A DNA stretch of 44,604 nt from assembly GCA_019232665.1 (NCBI GenBank), contig JAFANN010000320.1, positions 1 through 44,604 of the forward strand, in the 5' to 3' direction. Each line of letters opens with the position of its first letter. Positions within the stretch are counted from its first letter, which is position 1. The position numbers were made by a program, and so were the translations under genes. Below the pieces are notes generated by a model. That model saw only the letters and a list, made by a program, of their open reading frames with translations, had not been told where the DNA came from and did not search any database. Positions 1 through 16,838 of the stretch are shown here, piece by piece. Source of the stretch: Caulobacteraceae bacterium (GTDB lineage: Bacteria; Pseudomonadota; Alphaproteobacteria; Caulobacterales; Caulobacteraceae).

Positions 1-3812
<3,812 letters not shown>

Positions 3813-3845
3813 GCCGAAGCCAGCACATCCACAGACATCAGAGGC

Positions 3846-3870
3846 GGGGAGGGGCCGTCAGCCCCTCCCC
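3846..3870 (+). other. GC-rich stem-loop in the rpoB-rpoC intergenic region
   Basis: GGGGAGGGGC-CGTCA-GCCCCTCCCC: a perfect 10-bp inverted repeat followed by a pyrimidine-rich tract. Confidence 0.6.
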
Positions 3871-3909
3871 AACGCCTTCTTCCCTCTTTCTGACGAACTG
3901 GAAATCAAT

Positions 3910-8100
<4,191 letters not shown>

Positions 8101-8128
8101 CGCCAAGCGTATCTACGTTGATCTGCGG

Positions 8129-8162
8129 AGCGGCCCGGGAGAGATCCCGGGCCGCTTTCGTT
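8129..8162 (+). terminator. Intrinsic terminator of the rpoBC operon
   Basis: AGCGGCCCGGGA-GAGA-TCCCGGGCCGCT: 12-bp stem with a GNRA loop, then TTCGTT, about 30 nt after the rpoC stop. Confidence 0.8.
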
Positions 8163-8257
8163 ACATAATGGCGTGTGGGCGCGGATTGGCGGAGCCGCCG
8201 CTCTTCACCAGCCGCCGCCGCACGCTTAGGCTCCCGTTGGGGGGCCGCGGGGGAGTG

Positions 8258-9361
8258 ATGCCAGGCGCAGCAACCAGGGCGCGACTCAGGATCGGCGTGT
8301 CGAGCTCGGAACGGTCTACCCAGGCCGATAGCGCCGAAGCCGCTTCGTTTGGCCGACTGGTAACCGTCATCCTCTTCATGTTCGCCGTCGTCGTCGCCTC
8401 GACGCTCGCCTACATGGAGGCTGGCTGGAAGGTCGGCGACGCCCTCTACATGGTCCTTCTGACGGTCTACACGGTCGGCTATCGCGAGGTCCGGCCGGTC
8501 GATTCGACGTGGCTGCGCTTCGTCACCATGACCACGATCGTCCTGGGCTGCACAGGCATGATCCTGGTCACCGGTTTCCTCGTACAGTGGCTTACCGCGT
8601 CGCAGGTCCGGCGCGTGCTCAGCGGAGGTCGCATGCAGAGCGATGTAGACCGGCTCATGGACCACGTGATCATCTGTGGGTACGGCCGGATCGGGTCCAT
8701 GGCGGCGCACCATCTGGCCACCAGCGAAACCTCGTTCGTCGTACTCGACCTGGCCGAGGGGAAATTGGCGGAGGCGCGGTCGGCGGGCTTTCTCACCATC
8801 CAGGGCGATGCGACGGATGAGGAGGTGCTCCGGATGGCGGGCGTCGAGCGCGCCCGCGTGCTGGCGACCGTGCTTCCCTCAGACGCCGCCAATGTCTTCA
8901 TTACGCTCAGCGCGCGCAGCCTCAATCCGAAGCTGCAGATCATCGCCCGGGGCGAGGCGCCGTCCACGGAAGGAAAGCTGCTGCAGGCGGGGGCGAGCCA
9001 GGTGGTGCTTCCCGCCCACATCGGCGCCGAGCGCATCGCCGAGATGATCCTGTTTCCGGAGACGACGCGTCTCGTTCGGGATTCGCCGGAATTCCGCGAA
9101 GTGGAGACCGGTCTGGTTCGTCTCGGACTGGAATTCGACGTGGTCGAAGTCCGAGATCCGAGCCGGCTGGCCGGAATGGAGATCCGGGAAATCGAAAAGC
9201 GTGCGCGGGGAGCCCTGTTCGTCGTCCAGGTGGGACGCAACGGAGACACCATCATCCGGCCGCCGCAGGACTATCGCATCGTTCCCGGCGACGACCTGCT
9301 GGTCGTCGGCCGCGGGGATGGTCAGATCAAGGCGGCCCTGGTCGAAGGCGGACTTGTCTGA
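8258..9361 (+). CDS. Potassium channel family protein (2TM pore + TrkA-N/TrkA-C RCK domains)
   Basis: TM-pore-TM segment with TVYTVGYREV, then the RCK motifs HVIICGYGRIG, GDATDEEVL and SDAANVFITLSAR. Start placed at ATG 8258 after GGGAG because the upstream ORF extension looks non-coding; the start is uncertain. Confidence 0.88.
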   Translation: MPGAATRARLRIGVSSSERSTQADSAEAASFGRLVTVILFMFAVVVASTLAYMEAGWKVGDALYMVLLTVYTVGYREVRPVDSTWLRFVTMTTIVLGCTGMILVTGFLVQWLTASQVRRVLSGGRMQSDVDRLMDHVIICGYGRIGSMAAHHLATSETSFVVLDLAEGKLAEARSAGFLTIQGDATDEEVLRMAGVERARVLATVLPSDAANVFITLSARSLNPKLQIIARGEAPSTEGKLLQAGASQVVLPAHIGAERIAEMILFPETTRLVRDSPEFREVETGLVRLGLEFDVVEVRDPSRLAGMEIREIEKRARGALFVVQVGRNGDTIIRPPQDYRIVPGDDLLVVGRGDGQIKAALVEGGLV

Positions 9362-9409
9362 GGGGAAGCTCCCGCTTTCGTCCTCTTCGGACACGCTTCC
9401 TTCGCGCCT

Positions 9410-9437
9410 TTGTCACCTAGGGGGGGCATGTTAGCGT
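9410..9437 (+). promoter_or_regulatory. Putative sigma70-type promoter for the phosphoesterase operon
   Basis: TTGTCA-N16-TAGCGT about 40 nt upstream of the TTG start. Confidence 0.3.
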
Positions 9438-9479
9438 CCTGCGGTCGAGCGTGGCCCGCGCATCGGACGGGAGGGGCAG

Positions 9480-10970
9480 TTGGCGAACCAGCTCGGGAAG
9501 ATCGAGCACGTCGTCCAGCTCATGCTGGAAAACCGCTCGTTCGATCACATGCTCGGGTTCCTCTACGCCGACAGCGGCAATGTCTCCCCCTTGGGTCAGC
9601 CGTTCGACGGCCTGACGGGCGAGGAGTCTAACCCGGACGACACGGGAAAGCAGGTCAAGGTCTACAAGATCCAGGCCAGCGATCCGAACCCTTACCTGAT
9701 GCCCGGCGCCGATCCGGGAGAGGGATTCCAGAACACCAACTTCCAGTTGTTCAGCAACGACGACCCAGCGTCCGGCGCGGTTCCGCAGAACAATGGCTTC
9801 GTCGTCAACTTCAAGGCCGCGATCGCCTCCGACATCGCCAACAACTTCAGCGATACGATCCCAGGAACTCAGCCGTCCCAGATCATGGGCATGTACACGC
9901 CCGAGCTGCTCCCGGTCCTGTCAGGGCTCGCCAAGGGCTATGCGGTCTGCGACCGCTGGTTCGCTTCGGCGCCGACCATGACCATGCCGAACCGCGCTTT
10001 CGCGGCGGCCGGAACCTCACAGGGGCATCTGGACGATCATGTGAAGGTGTTCACCTGTCCGAGCATCTTCGGGCGCCTGTCTGACAAGGGCGTCGACTGG
10101 GCGATCTTCGGCTACAACCGAGATTCGCTCACCCAGCAGGACTTCCCTGACACCCAGAGCGCCGACTCAAGCCATTTCGGCCATTTCCGGGACTTCCAGG
10201 ATCGCGCGGCGGCGGGAACCTTGCCGGCCTACACGTTCCTCGAACCGAGCTGGGACGCCACCGGCAACAGCCAGCACCCGAACTACGACGTCTCCAAGGG
10301 CGAGCAGCTCATCCACGACACCTACTACGCCCTCTTCAACGGCAAGGCGTGGACTAGCACTCTGCTGATCATCACCTACGACGAGCATGGCGGGTGCTAC
10401 GATCACGTCGCCCCACCGGCCAATGCGACGCCTCCAGGCGACGGCACAGTGGGCGAGTTCGGCTTCGACTTCACCCGCTTTGGCGTGCGTGTGCCCGCCG
10501 TCCTGGTCTCACCGCTCATCACGGCGGGCACGGTGTTCCGGGGATCGGGGCCGATCGACCATACTTCGGTACTCAAGACCGTTCAGGAGCGGTGGGGCGT
10601 GGCGCCGCTGACCGCGCGCGACAAGGCCGCCGCATCGCTCGGCGACGTCCTGACCCTCGCGCAACCGCGGACGGACGATCCCTTGAGCGGCGTGACGGTC
10701 CCGGCTTCAGCGGTGCTGCATCCCCAGGCCTCGACGCCTTCCAAGATCGACATGATCCAGGCCAAGCGCGTCGCCGCCCTGCCGATCCGCAACGAAAAGG
10801 GGCACTACGGCGAGACCGGCCGGCTTCCGCCACTGTCGTCGGCGGCCGACGTCAGCGACTTCATCCGTGACCGCACCGCCGCCTGGAGCCAGCACGTCCA
10901 GCGCCAGAAGCGGCGGCGGACCAGCGAATCCACGCCCAACCACGGGGGGCGGCCGACGTCCTCGTCCTGA
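9480..10970 (+). CDS. Phosphoesterase family protein (phospholipase C/AcpA family, non-specific PLC-like)
   Basis: [65 protein letters not shown] start after GGAGGGG. No signal peptide visible. Confidence 0.9.
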   Translation: MANQLGKIEHVVQLMLENRSFDHMLGFLYADSGNVSPLGQPFDGLTGEESNPDDTGKQVKVYKIQASDPNPYLMPGADPGEGFQNTNFQLFSNDDPASGAVPQNNGFVVNFKAAIASDIANNFSDTIPGTQPSQIMGMYTPELLPVLSGLAKGYAVCDRWFASAPTMTMPNRAFAAAGTSQGHLDDHVKVFTCPSIFGRLSDKGVDWAIFGYNRDSLTQQDFPDTQSADSSHFGHFRDFQDRAAAGTLPAYTFLEPSWDATGNSQHPNYDVSKGEQLIHDTYYALFNGKAWTSTLLIITYDEHGGCYDHVAPPANATPPGDGTVGEFGFDFTRFGVRVPAVLVSPLITAGTVFRGSGPIDHTSVLKTVQERWGVAPLTARDKAAASLGDVLTLAQPRTDDPLSGVTVPASAVLHPQASTPSKIDMIQAKRVAALPIRNEKGHYGETGRLPPLSSAADVSDFIRDRTAAWSQHVQRQKRRRTSESTPNHGGRPTSSS

Positions 10971-10984
10971 TCGCGGAGGCTTCG

Positions 10985-11662
10985 ATGAACCGGCTGATCC
11001 TGGTGCGTCACGGCGGCAGCACCGCCAACGAGGACAGCAGCTTCTACAACTACAATGACAGCGCGATCTGCCTGACCACCAATGGGATACGCCAGGCGCT
11101 GAACACTGCGGGCGTCCTGGCCCAGGTCGATCCGCGGTGGGCTCGGCCCGGGAACTTCGCCCTCGAGGTGTTCGCCTCCGAATATACCCGCACCCAGCAG
11201 ACGGCGCGCATCACCCTCGACCAGATGGGCCTGTTGTCGGTCGAACCGAGGATCCGGCCGCTGCTCAACGAGCGGGACTATGGCACGGTCTACGATCCAA
11301 GGATGGACACCGATCCGACATTCGACGCCAACGACTCTGAAAGCTCCGTCCGCGCGAAACTGCGCGTGCGGGAGTTCATGGGCGAGATCGATGGACTGCT
11401 CAACCGGGCCGATGTCCTGGCGTTCTCGCACTTCGGCGCGATCCGCGCCCTGGTGGCGGACCTGATCGGACTCACGGACGCACAGATGATGAGCCTGGAT
11501 GTCCCCAACGGGGGCGCGTTCATGTTCTTGCGGACGATCGGCGCCGACGGGACGTCGAGCTACAGCCAGCAGACACTGCCAGACCACGTCCTTCCAAAGG
11601 TCGCCGCCGCGATCACGGCCCCGCCTGCCGCTCCGCCCCCTCTTCGGCAGGGCCCGCGGTAA
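10985..11662 (+). CDS. Histidine phosphatase (phosphoglycerate mutase) family protein
   Basis: LILVRHG, SEYTRTQQTA, LNERDYG and FSHFG motifs. GGAGG RBS, 14 nt after the phosphoesterase stop. Confidence 0.88.
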   Translation: MNRLILVRHGGSTANEDSSFYNYNDSAICLTTNGIRQALNTAGVLAQVDPRWARPGNFALEVFASEYTRTQQTARITLDQMGLLSVEPRIRPLLNERDYGTVYDPRMDTDPTFDANDSESSVRAKLRVREFMGEIDGLLNRADVLAFSHFGAIRALVADLIGLTDAQMMSLDVPNGGAFMFLRTIGADGTSSYSQQTLPDHVLPKVAAAITAPPAAPPPLRQGPR

Positions 11663-13787
11663 CGACGGTCAGCGACATTGCAGGCAGGCGGACGGGCGCG
11701 TCGGGCGCAATTCGGAAGCGAACGGGCGGACGATCCCGCGCCGGGTGACTGTTCACGCCGAGGTCCAGCCATTCGTATTGGGCGGGGGAGTATTGGACCA
11801 CGCTCGCTGAATTGCCCGGAAACCTTGCGGTCCCTCCGGCCTCCTTGAGGCGCAGCGTCATGACGTGGGCGGCGTCGTCGTCCCGGTTCAGAAGCATCAC
11901 CGAAAGCGCGCCGTCCGGGCGACGCAGGGCGTAGGCCAGGACCATCGGACGCCCCTGGGCGTCGCGGGTCTCGCCTGCCGCCGCCCATAGCCTGTGGGGC
12001 TGGTCCGCGGGCGCGCCCCAGTCGTCCATCATCGTCTTTTCGGCGAAGTACATCGGCATTGGCCAGCGCGACTGGCCTTTGGCGTCCGCCTCAAACAGCA
12101 TCATGTCGCCGTAGCCGGCGCACGGGAACGCCTGGTTCGAAGGCCAGCTGGGGGTGGCCCCGAACATGTAGGCGACATCGCCGCCCCGGGAGAGGAAGTG
12201 GCCGACGACGTCGGCCGAGAACAACGCGCTGGGCACGAGGGACATCGCACGTCCCGCGAAGGGCGAAAGCCCATATTCGCTGATCACCCACGGTACTGAT
12301 GTCGGGACGCCGGCGGCGATCGTCTGGTCAAGGATGCGGTCGAGCAGCTGGGTTTCGTCCCGCAGCATCTTTCCCAGAGGTTCGCAGACATCGTCGAAGG
12401 CATAGTGCTCGAAGGAGAAGAACTGCAGCTGGTCCAGCGCGTCCTGCTGGCGCAAGTAGGCGACGAAGCGGCCGATCCACGAGCGACCGCCCTCCGGGAC
12501 CGGCCAGGTGTCGGTCAGCGCGCCCTGCATACTGGGACCGCCCAGCTCGAGTTCCGGGGCCACGGCGTGAATGCGCCGGGCGGCTTCGAGATAGAGGTCG
12601 GCGTAGTCCTCAGGGGCGATGAATTGGCCGTCGGGCTCCTCGCCAAGCTCGAGCCGCCGCACCGGCCAGCCCTGGCGATGGATGTAGCTGGCTTCGGCGG
12701 CCGCGTTTTCGGGCGTGTCGTAGAAGACTCCCGCAGGGACCATCAGGGGAAGGCCCCCGTTGAGGCCCTTGCGAAACATGAACGCCAAACTGGGCTGTTC
12801 GGTCTGGGGATCGCGGTCGATCGCCCGGTGCCAGGGATCGGTCGAGGAGACGTTGACCTGGGTCTGCAGGTTGCGGCCGGCGCCGTGGCGAATGGCGTCC
12901 ACGAAAGCCCCGTCTGCGCCCACGATCCCGAGCCCCAACTCGGAGATGGCGTAGCCGAGACGATCGCGCACGTCCTGGGAGGTGGAAGGGGCGGTGTCCG
13001 AGGAGCGTGTCAGCAGGATCCGAACGAAGCGGACGGCGAGCGGGCTCGGGGCGAGACGGATCGTCTCGTCGCCGGGGAACCGCTCCCGGGTCTGGGATCC
13101 CGCGGGGAAGTCGACCCAGCGGCCGCCGCGATCGAACTCGTCCCTGCCACTCCAGTACTGGACCTCGAAGACAGTGGCATACGGCTCGGCCCAGTCGATG
13201 CGCGCCGCATCGATCTGCTGCGGCTTGTCGAACGTCACGACCACCCATTGAGGCCGGTTCGACGAGCGGCCGGTGAAGCGATGGTCGAGATAGGGATTGC
13301 TCTTCCAGAACGTCGCCAGGTCGCCGTCGTCGAGCCGTGAGTAGCCGGTGTCGTTGGCCTGATCGATGGTGTCGCCGCGCCGAGGAAGGCTGTAGCCCCA
13401 GGTCACGTCCGGATGGCCGCTGGGATGGTCGCTGGAGGTCCAGTAACCCTGCCGGCGCGTCGGGTCGCTCCACTGGCCCTCGTCGCTCCAGTGCCACGCC
13501 TCGATACCGAGCTCGGTGCGCAGGCGATAGGTGGTCCGTCGAAGGCCAGAGGACTTCATCAGAGCGATGTTCCGGGGCGTGAGGATCTCTGCCACCTGGC
13601 CCTTCAGCGCGCCGTCGATCGCCTCACCCAGCGCCATGGCGGGCAAGATCACATGCGAGGGGCCCGCGAGGTCGATCGTGAGGGCGTCCTCGACCGTTGG
13701 AGTGGTCGAAGGCGAATGGGAAAGCGGCGGGCTTGCCCGGGACGCAAGCGCCAGGCCGAGCGCCGCAAGTGTGGAAGGGATGCTCAC
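11613..13787 (-). CDS. Secreted discoidin (F5/8 type C) domain protein with a GH-A-like catalytic barrel
   Basis: GTG start 2 nt after the dehalogenase stop gives a signal-like N-terminus (SIPSTLAALGLALAS). Discoidin pattern LDDGDLATFWKS..PQWVVVTF..RIDW..YATVFEVQY..RFVRI..ISEL; GH-A-like LELGEEPDG, LGGPS, FFSFEHY and VISEYG. Confidence 0.7.
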   Translation of the reverse strand: MSIPSTLAALGLALASRASPPLSHSPSTTPTVEDALTIDLAGPSHVILPAMALGEAIDGALKGQVAEILTPRNIALMKSSGLRRTTYRLRTELGIEAWHWSDEGQWSDPTRRQGYWTSSDHPSGHPDVTWGYSLPRRGDTIDQANDTGYSRLDDGDLATFWKSNPYLDHRFTGRSSNRPQWVVVTFDKPQQIDAARIDWAEPYATVFEVQYWSGRDEFDRGGRWVDFPAGSQTRERFPGDETIRLAPSPLAVRFVRILLTRSSDTAPSTSQDVRDRLGYAISELGLGIVGADGAFVDAIRHGAGRNLQTQVNVSSTDPWHRAIDRDPQTEQPSLAFMFRKGLNGGLPLMVPAGVFYDTPENAAAEASYIHRQGWPVRRLELGEEPDGQFIAPEDYADLYLEAARRIHAVAPELELGGPSMQGALTDTWPVPEGGRSWIGRFVAYLRQQDALDQLQFFSFEHYAFDDVCEPLGKMLRDETQLLDRILDQTIAAGVPTSVPWVISEYGLSPFAGRAMSLVPSALFSADVVGHFLSRGGDVAYMFGATPSWPSNQAFPCAGYGDMMLFEADAKGQSRWPMPMYFAEKTMMDDWGAPADQPHRLWAAAGETRDAQGRPMVLAYALRRPDGALSVMLLNRDDDAAHVMTLRLKEAGGTARFPGNSASVVQYSPAQYEWLDLGVNSHPARDRPPVRFRIAPDAPVRLPAMSLTVVTAGPAEEGAERQAGP

Positions 13788-13789
13788 GG

Positions 13790-14692
13790 TCAGGGCGCGC
13801 TCAGCACCTCCAGCGCCCGACGCGCAATCGGCTCTCCCCACTCCTGTACGAAGTGTCCTGCCTGCGGGACGACCATGGGCTCGGGACAGCCGCGGATCTG
13901 GCGACGCAAGGCTTCCATGTGATCGAGCGGAAATACCGGATCGGCGCCTCCGCATGCCATGAATGCACGTCCGTGCCAGCGATTTGCCCAGAAGTCGCGC
14001 GCCGCTCGGGATTCGGGCACGCCTTGCATCTCGGGGCTGGTCATCACGAGCCGGGGAAATGCCCGTACGCCAGCCTTGTACTGGGCGTCCGGGAAGGGCG
14101 CGTCATAGGCGGCGGCCTCGGCGTCGGAGAGAACGTTTGCGCCTCGCCGCACGAGCGCTCCGACCGCGAGGTCCGGCTGAGTGGCCGCATAGGCGCGCCA
14201 GGCGTCGAAGCCGGGAGTCAGGGGCTCGCCGACGGCGAGGGCGGTGTTCATCACCACGAGGCCGGAAATCCGGGCCCGCGCGCCTTCGTCGGCAGGGAGC
14301 GTGAGCCCGAGCAGGCCGCCCCAGTCCTGCACCACCAGCACGATGCGCCGCAGGTCGAGGCGCTCGATGAGGCGGAGAAGGAAATTGCGGTGGAAGTGGA
14401 AGCTGTAATCGTCATCGTTCACCGGCTTGTCGGACCGGCCGAAGCCAAAGAAGTCCGGGGCGACGACGCGCGCGCCGGACGCCAGAAACACCGGGATCAT
14501 CTTGCGGTAGAGATAGCTCCACGTGGGTTCGCCGTGGAGGCACAGGAACGTGCGGTCCGCGTTCCGCGGCCCTTCGTCGACGACCGCAGCGCGCAAACCG
14601 GCGAAACCTGGAAGATCGTCCAGCCACGTTGGCGTCCATGGGAATCCGTCGAGGCGTGAGAAGCGATCCTCTGGCGTGCGTACGACGTCCAT
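13790..14692 (-). CDS. Haloalkane dehalogenase (HLD-I/DhlA-like alpha/beta hydrolase)
   Basis: LHGEPTWSYLYRKMIPVF, APDFFGFGRSDKP, VQDWGG nucleophile, FDAW, GGADP acid and AGHFVQE histidine. Confidence 0.88.
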   Translation of the reverse strand: MDVVRTPEDRFSRLDGFPWTPTWLDDLPGFAGLRAAVVDEGPRNADRTFLCLHGEPTWSYLYRKMIPVFLASGARVVAPDFFGFGRSDKPVNDDDYSFHFHRNFLLRLIERLDLRRIVLVVQDWGGLLGLTLPADEGARARISGLVVMNTALAVGEPLTPGFDAWRAYAATQPDLAVGALVRRGANVLSDAEAAAYDAPFPDAQYKAGVRAFPRLVMTSPEMQGVPESRAARDFWANRWHGRAFMACGGADPVFPLDHMEALRRQIRGCPEPMVVPQAGHFVQEWGEPIARRALEVLSAP

Positions 14693-14803
14693 GGGTTTAC
14701 TCGCCCCTCTGCGTCCGGCTTCGCCGCCCGCTTCTAACTCTTAGCCGCATGGTCGCAAGGCTCGGCGGCTGTGGCTAGGGTTGCCTGAAAGGGGAGGGGA
14801 CGG

Positions 14804-15211
14804 ATGAGTCGGCTGGCGCTGGGGAGCATCGCGCTTTTGCTGCTTACGGGGTGCGAGAAGCATGCGGCGGTGGCCCTCGCCGATCCGTGTCAAACGCCGC
14901 CGCTATCGCCACCCGCGCACGCGGCGGGGACGACTGACGGCGAGGATGAGCGCGTGACGTTGTGCATGAAGACGGCGGTGCGGGAACTCGACCGCGCTGG
15001 GGGGGCCGTTGAGGTGGTGGCGAAGGTGGCCGTAGCCCGATGCGCCGCCGAGGAACGCGCCGAGTATGCCGCCATGGCGCGCCACGAGCGTGTCTATCAG
15101 TGGGAGAAGGACGAGATGCACGACATGCTGCAGCACTCCGCCCTGCTCAACGCCCGCCAGACCCGCTCGCGCGGTTGCGGCCGTACCGGCGGCGCAGCCG
15201 AGGAGCCTTGA
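14804..15211 (+). CDS. Hypothetical lipoprotein
   Basis: GGGGAGGGG RBS; hydrophobic N-terminus with lipobox LLTG-C; ends 3 nt before the GH84 start. Confidence 0.6.
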   Translation: MSRLALGSIALLLLTGCEKHAAVALADPCQTPPLSPPAHAAGTTDGEDERVTLCMKTAVRELDRAGGAVEVVAKVAVARCAAEERAEYAAMARHERVYQWEKDEMHDMLQHSALLNARQTRSRGCGRTGGAAEEP

Positions 15212-15214
15212 GCG

Positions 15215-16297
15215 ATGTCCATTCCCTTCGCCCAGACGCCGCCCCTCGGGATCATCGAGGGCTATTACGGCCGGCCTTGGTCGTGGGAGGCGCGCGGCCG
15301 CGTGGCGGCGCTGCTGGCCGGCCATGGCTACGAGTTCTTCCTCTATGCGCCCAAGGCCGACGAGTTTCTCAGGAGGCGGTGGCGCGAGCCGCACCCGAAA
15401 GACGAGGCGACGGCGTTGGCGGCGTTCGCCGGGAGTTGCCGCGCGCTCGGGCTCGCCTTTGGAGTGGGTCTGAGTCCGTTCGAGATCTATCTCGCGTTCG
15501 ATTCGGAAGCGAAGGCGGCGCTCTCGGATAAGTTGGCGGAGTTGGATTCCCTTGGCGTCCAGCGACTGGCGATCCTGTTCGACGACATGCGCGGCGACCT
15601 GCCCGATCTCGCGGCGCGGCAGGCGGACATCCTGCACTGGATCGGCGAGCGCACCCGCGCCGAGCGCCTGATCATGTGCCCGACCTACTACAGCGACGAC
15701 CGCTCCCTCGACACCTACTTCGGAGCGCGGCCGGAGGGCTATCTCGAGGCGCTCGGAGCCTCGCTCGATCCTGCCATCGAGGTCTTCTGGACCGGTCCGG
15801 AGGTCTGTTCGCGGGAGCTGAAGCCGGGGCATCTCTCCCGAGTCGCCGCCCAGCTCGGTCGCCGGCCGCTGCTGTGGGACAACTATCCGGTCAACGATGG
15901 ACCGCGGATGAGCCCTTACCTCTACCTGCGGGCCTTCACAGGTCGCTCGGCGGCGATCGCACCGCTGATCGCCGGCCACGCGGTGAACCCTGCCCTGCAG
16001 CCGACCCTGAGCTGCATCCCTGCGCTGACCCTCGCCGAGAGCTACGCGCTGGGGGAGGACTACGACTACGGCGCAGCCTTCCGGCGCGCCGCGTCCGAGG
16101 TGCTCGGCGCGCCGCTGGCGGCCCAGGTCGAGCGGCGGCTCGTGTCGCTGCAGGACGTGGGACTGGACAACCTGGGCGAGATGGCAGCGCGGCTGCGGGC
16201 GCGGTTCGAGGCGTCGGATCATCCGGGGGCGCGCGAGATCGTCGCCTGGCTGGATGGCGCGTGGAGAGTCACGCGAGAGGAGATGGAAGCATCCTGA
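15215..16297 (+). CDS. GH84 beta-N-acetylglucosaminidase (O-GlcNAcase-like), stand-alone catalytic domain
   Basis: GIIEGYYGRPW, LYAPKAD, catalytic LFDD, CPTYY, VFWTGPEV, LWDNYPVND. Confidence 0.9.
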   Translation: MSIPFAQTPPLGIIEGYYGRPWSWEARGRVAALLAGHGYEFFLYAPKADEFLRRRWREPHPKDEATALAAFAGSCRALGLAFGVGLSPFEIYLAFDSEAKAALSDKLAELDSLGVQRLAILFDDMRGDLPDLAARQADILHWIGERTRAERLIMCPTYYSDDRSLDTYFGARPEGYLEALGASLDPAIEVFWTGPEVCSRELKPGHLSRVAAQLGRRPLLWDNYPVNDGPRMSPYLYLRAFTGRSAAIAPLIAGHAVNPALQPTLSCIPALTLAESYALGEDYDYGAAFRRAASEVLGAPLAAQVERRLVSLQDVGLDNLGEMAARLRARFEASDHPGAREIVAWLDGAWRVTREEMEAS

Positions 16298-16306
16298 GCC
16301 CGCCGC

Positions 16307-16771
16307 TCAGTGACCATGGTCCTCGGTGTCGTGATCCTGGGCGGGCGGCGCGCCAGGGACGCCGGGTGGGCAGTCGTCGCCCAATCGGTGGGCGTCGGTG
16401 GAGGCCTCCACGGCGAGCGGCCCGATCTTCACCAGCGCGGTCATCTTCAGGGTGGTCTCGGTGTATTCGCCGTGCCCCGAGATCCCGACGGCGAAGCCCT
16501 TCTTGTCGACGCAGCGGCCGTTGAAGCTGATCTGCCCGTTGGTCGCGGAGTGCTCGGGGTACTGGCAATCGTAGATGTGGTTGCGCGGACCCTGGATGAA
16601 CTTCGCCACGTCCTTGGGCGTGATGCAGCGGCGGTCGATCTTCGTCGAGCCAACCGGGAAGCCGACCTTGTTCACCGACTCCCAATAGCCGGGCTTGATG
16701 GTTTCCTCTCCCCGGGCTGCGCCCGCGCAGAGGGCGACGACCGCGGCCAGGCTGAGGATCGGGGGGCGCAT
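16307..16771 (-). CDS. DUF3617-like secreted protein
   Basis: Signal peptide MRPPILSLAAVVALCAGAARG, IKPGYWE, and four Cys in the pattern CIT..C..C..RLGDDC. Confidence 0.7.
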   Translation of the reverse strand: MRPPILSLAAVVALCAGAARGEETIKPGYWESVNKVGFPVGSTKIDRRCITPKDVAKFIQGPRNHIYDCQYPEHSATNGQISFNGRCVDKKGFAVGISGHGEYTETTLKMTALVKIGPLAVEASTDAHRLGDDCPPGVPGAPPAQDHDTEDHGH

Positions 16772-16838
16772 CGCTTGGCTCAACTCCAGGTTCGAGCGAT
16801 CGGACGGCAAATGCGTACGCGCGTGGTCGGATCAAGGT

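Noticed and set aside
14742-14777. TAGCCGCA...TGTGGCTA imperfect inverted repeat between the dehalogenase and lipoprotein genes
   Set aside because: 8 bp with a mismatch and a 20-nt spacer in GC-rich DNA, with no adjacent regulator; not distinguishable from chance.
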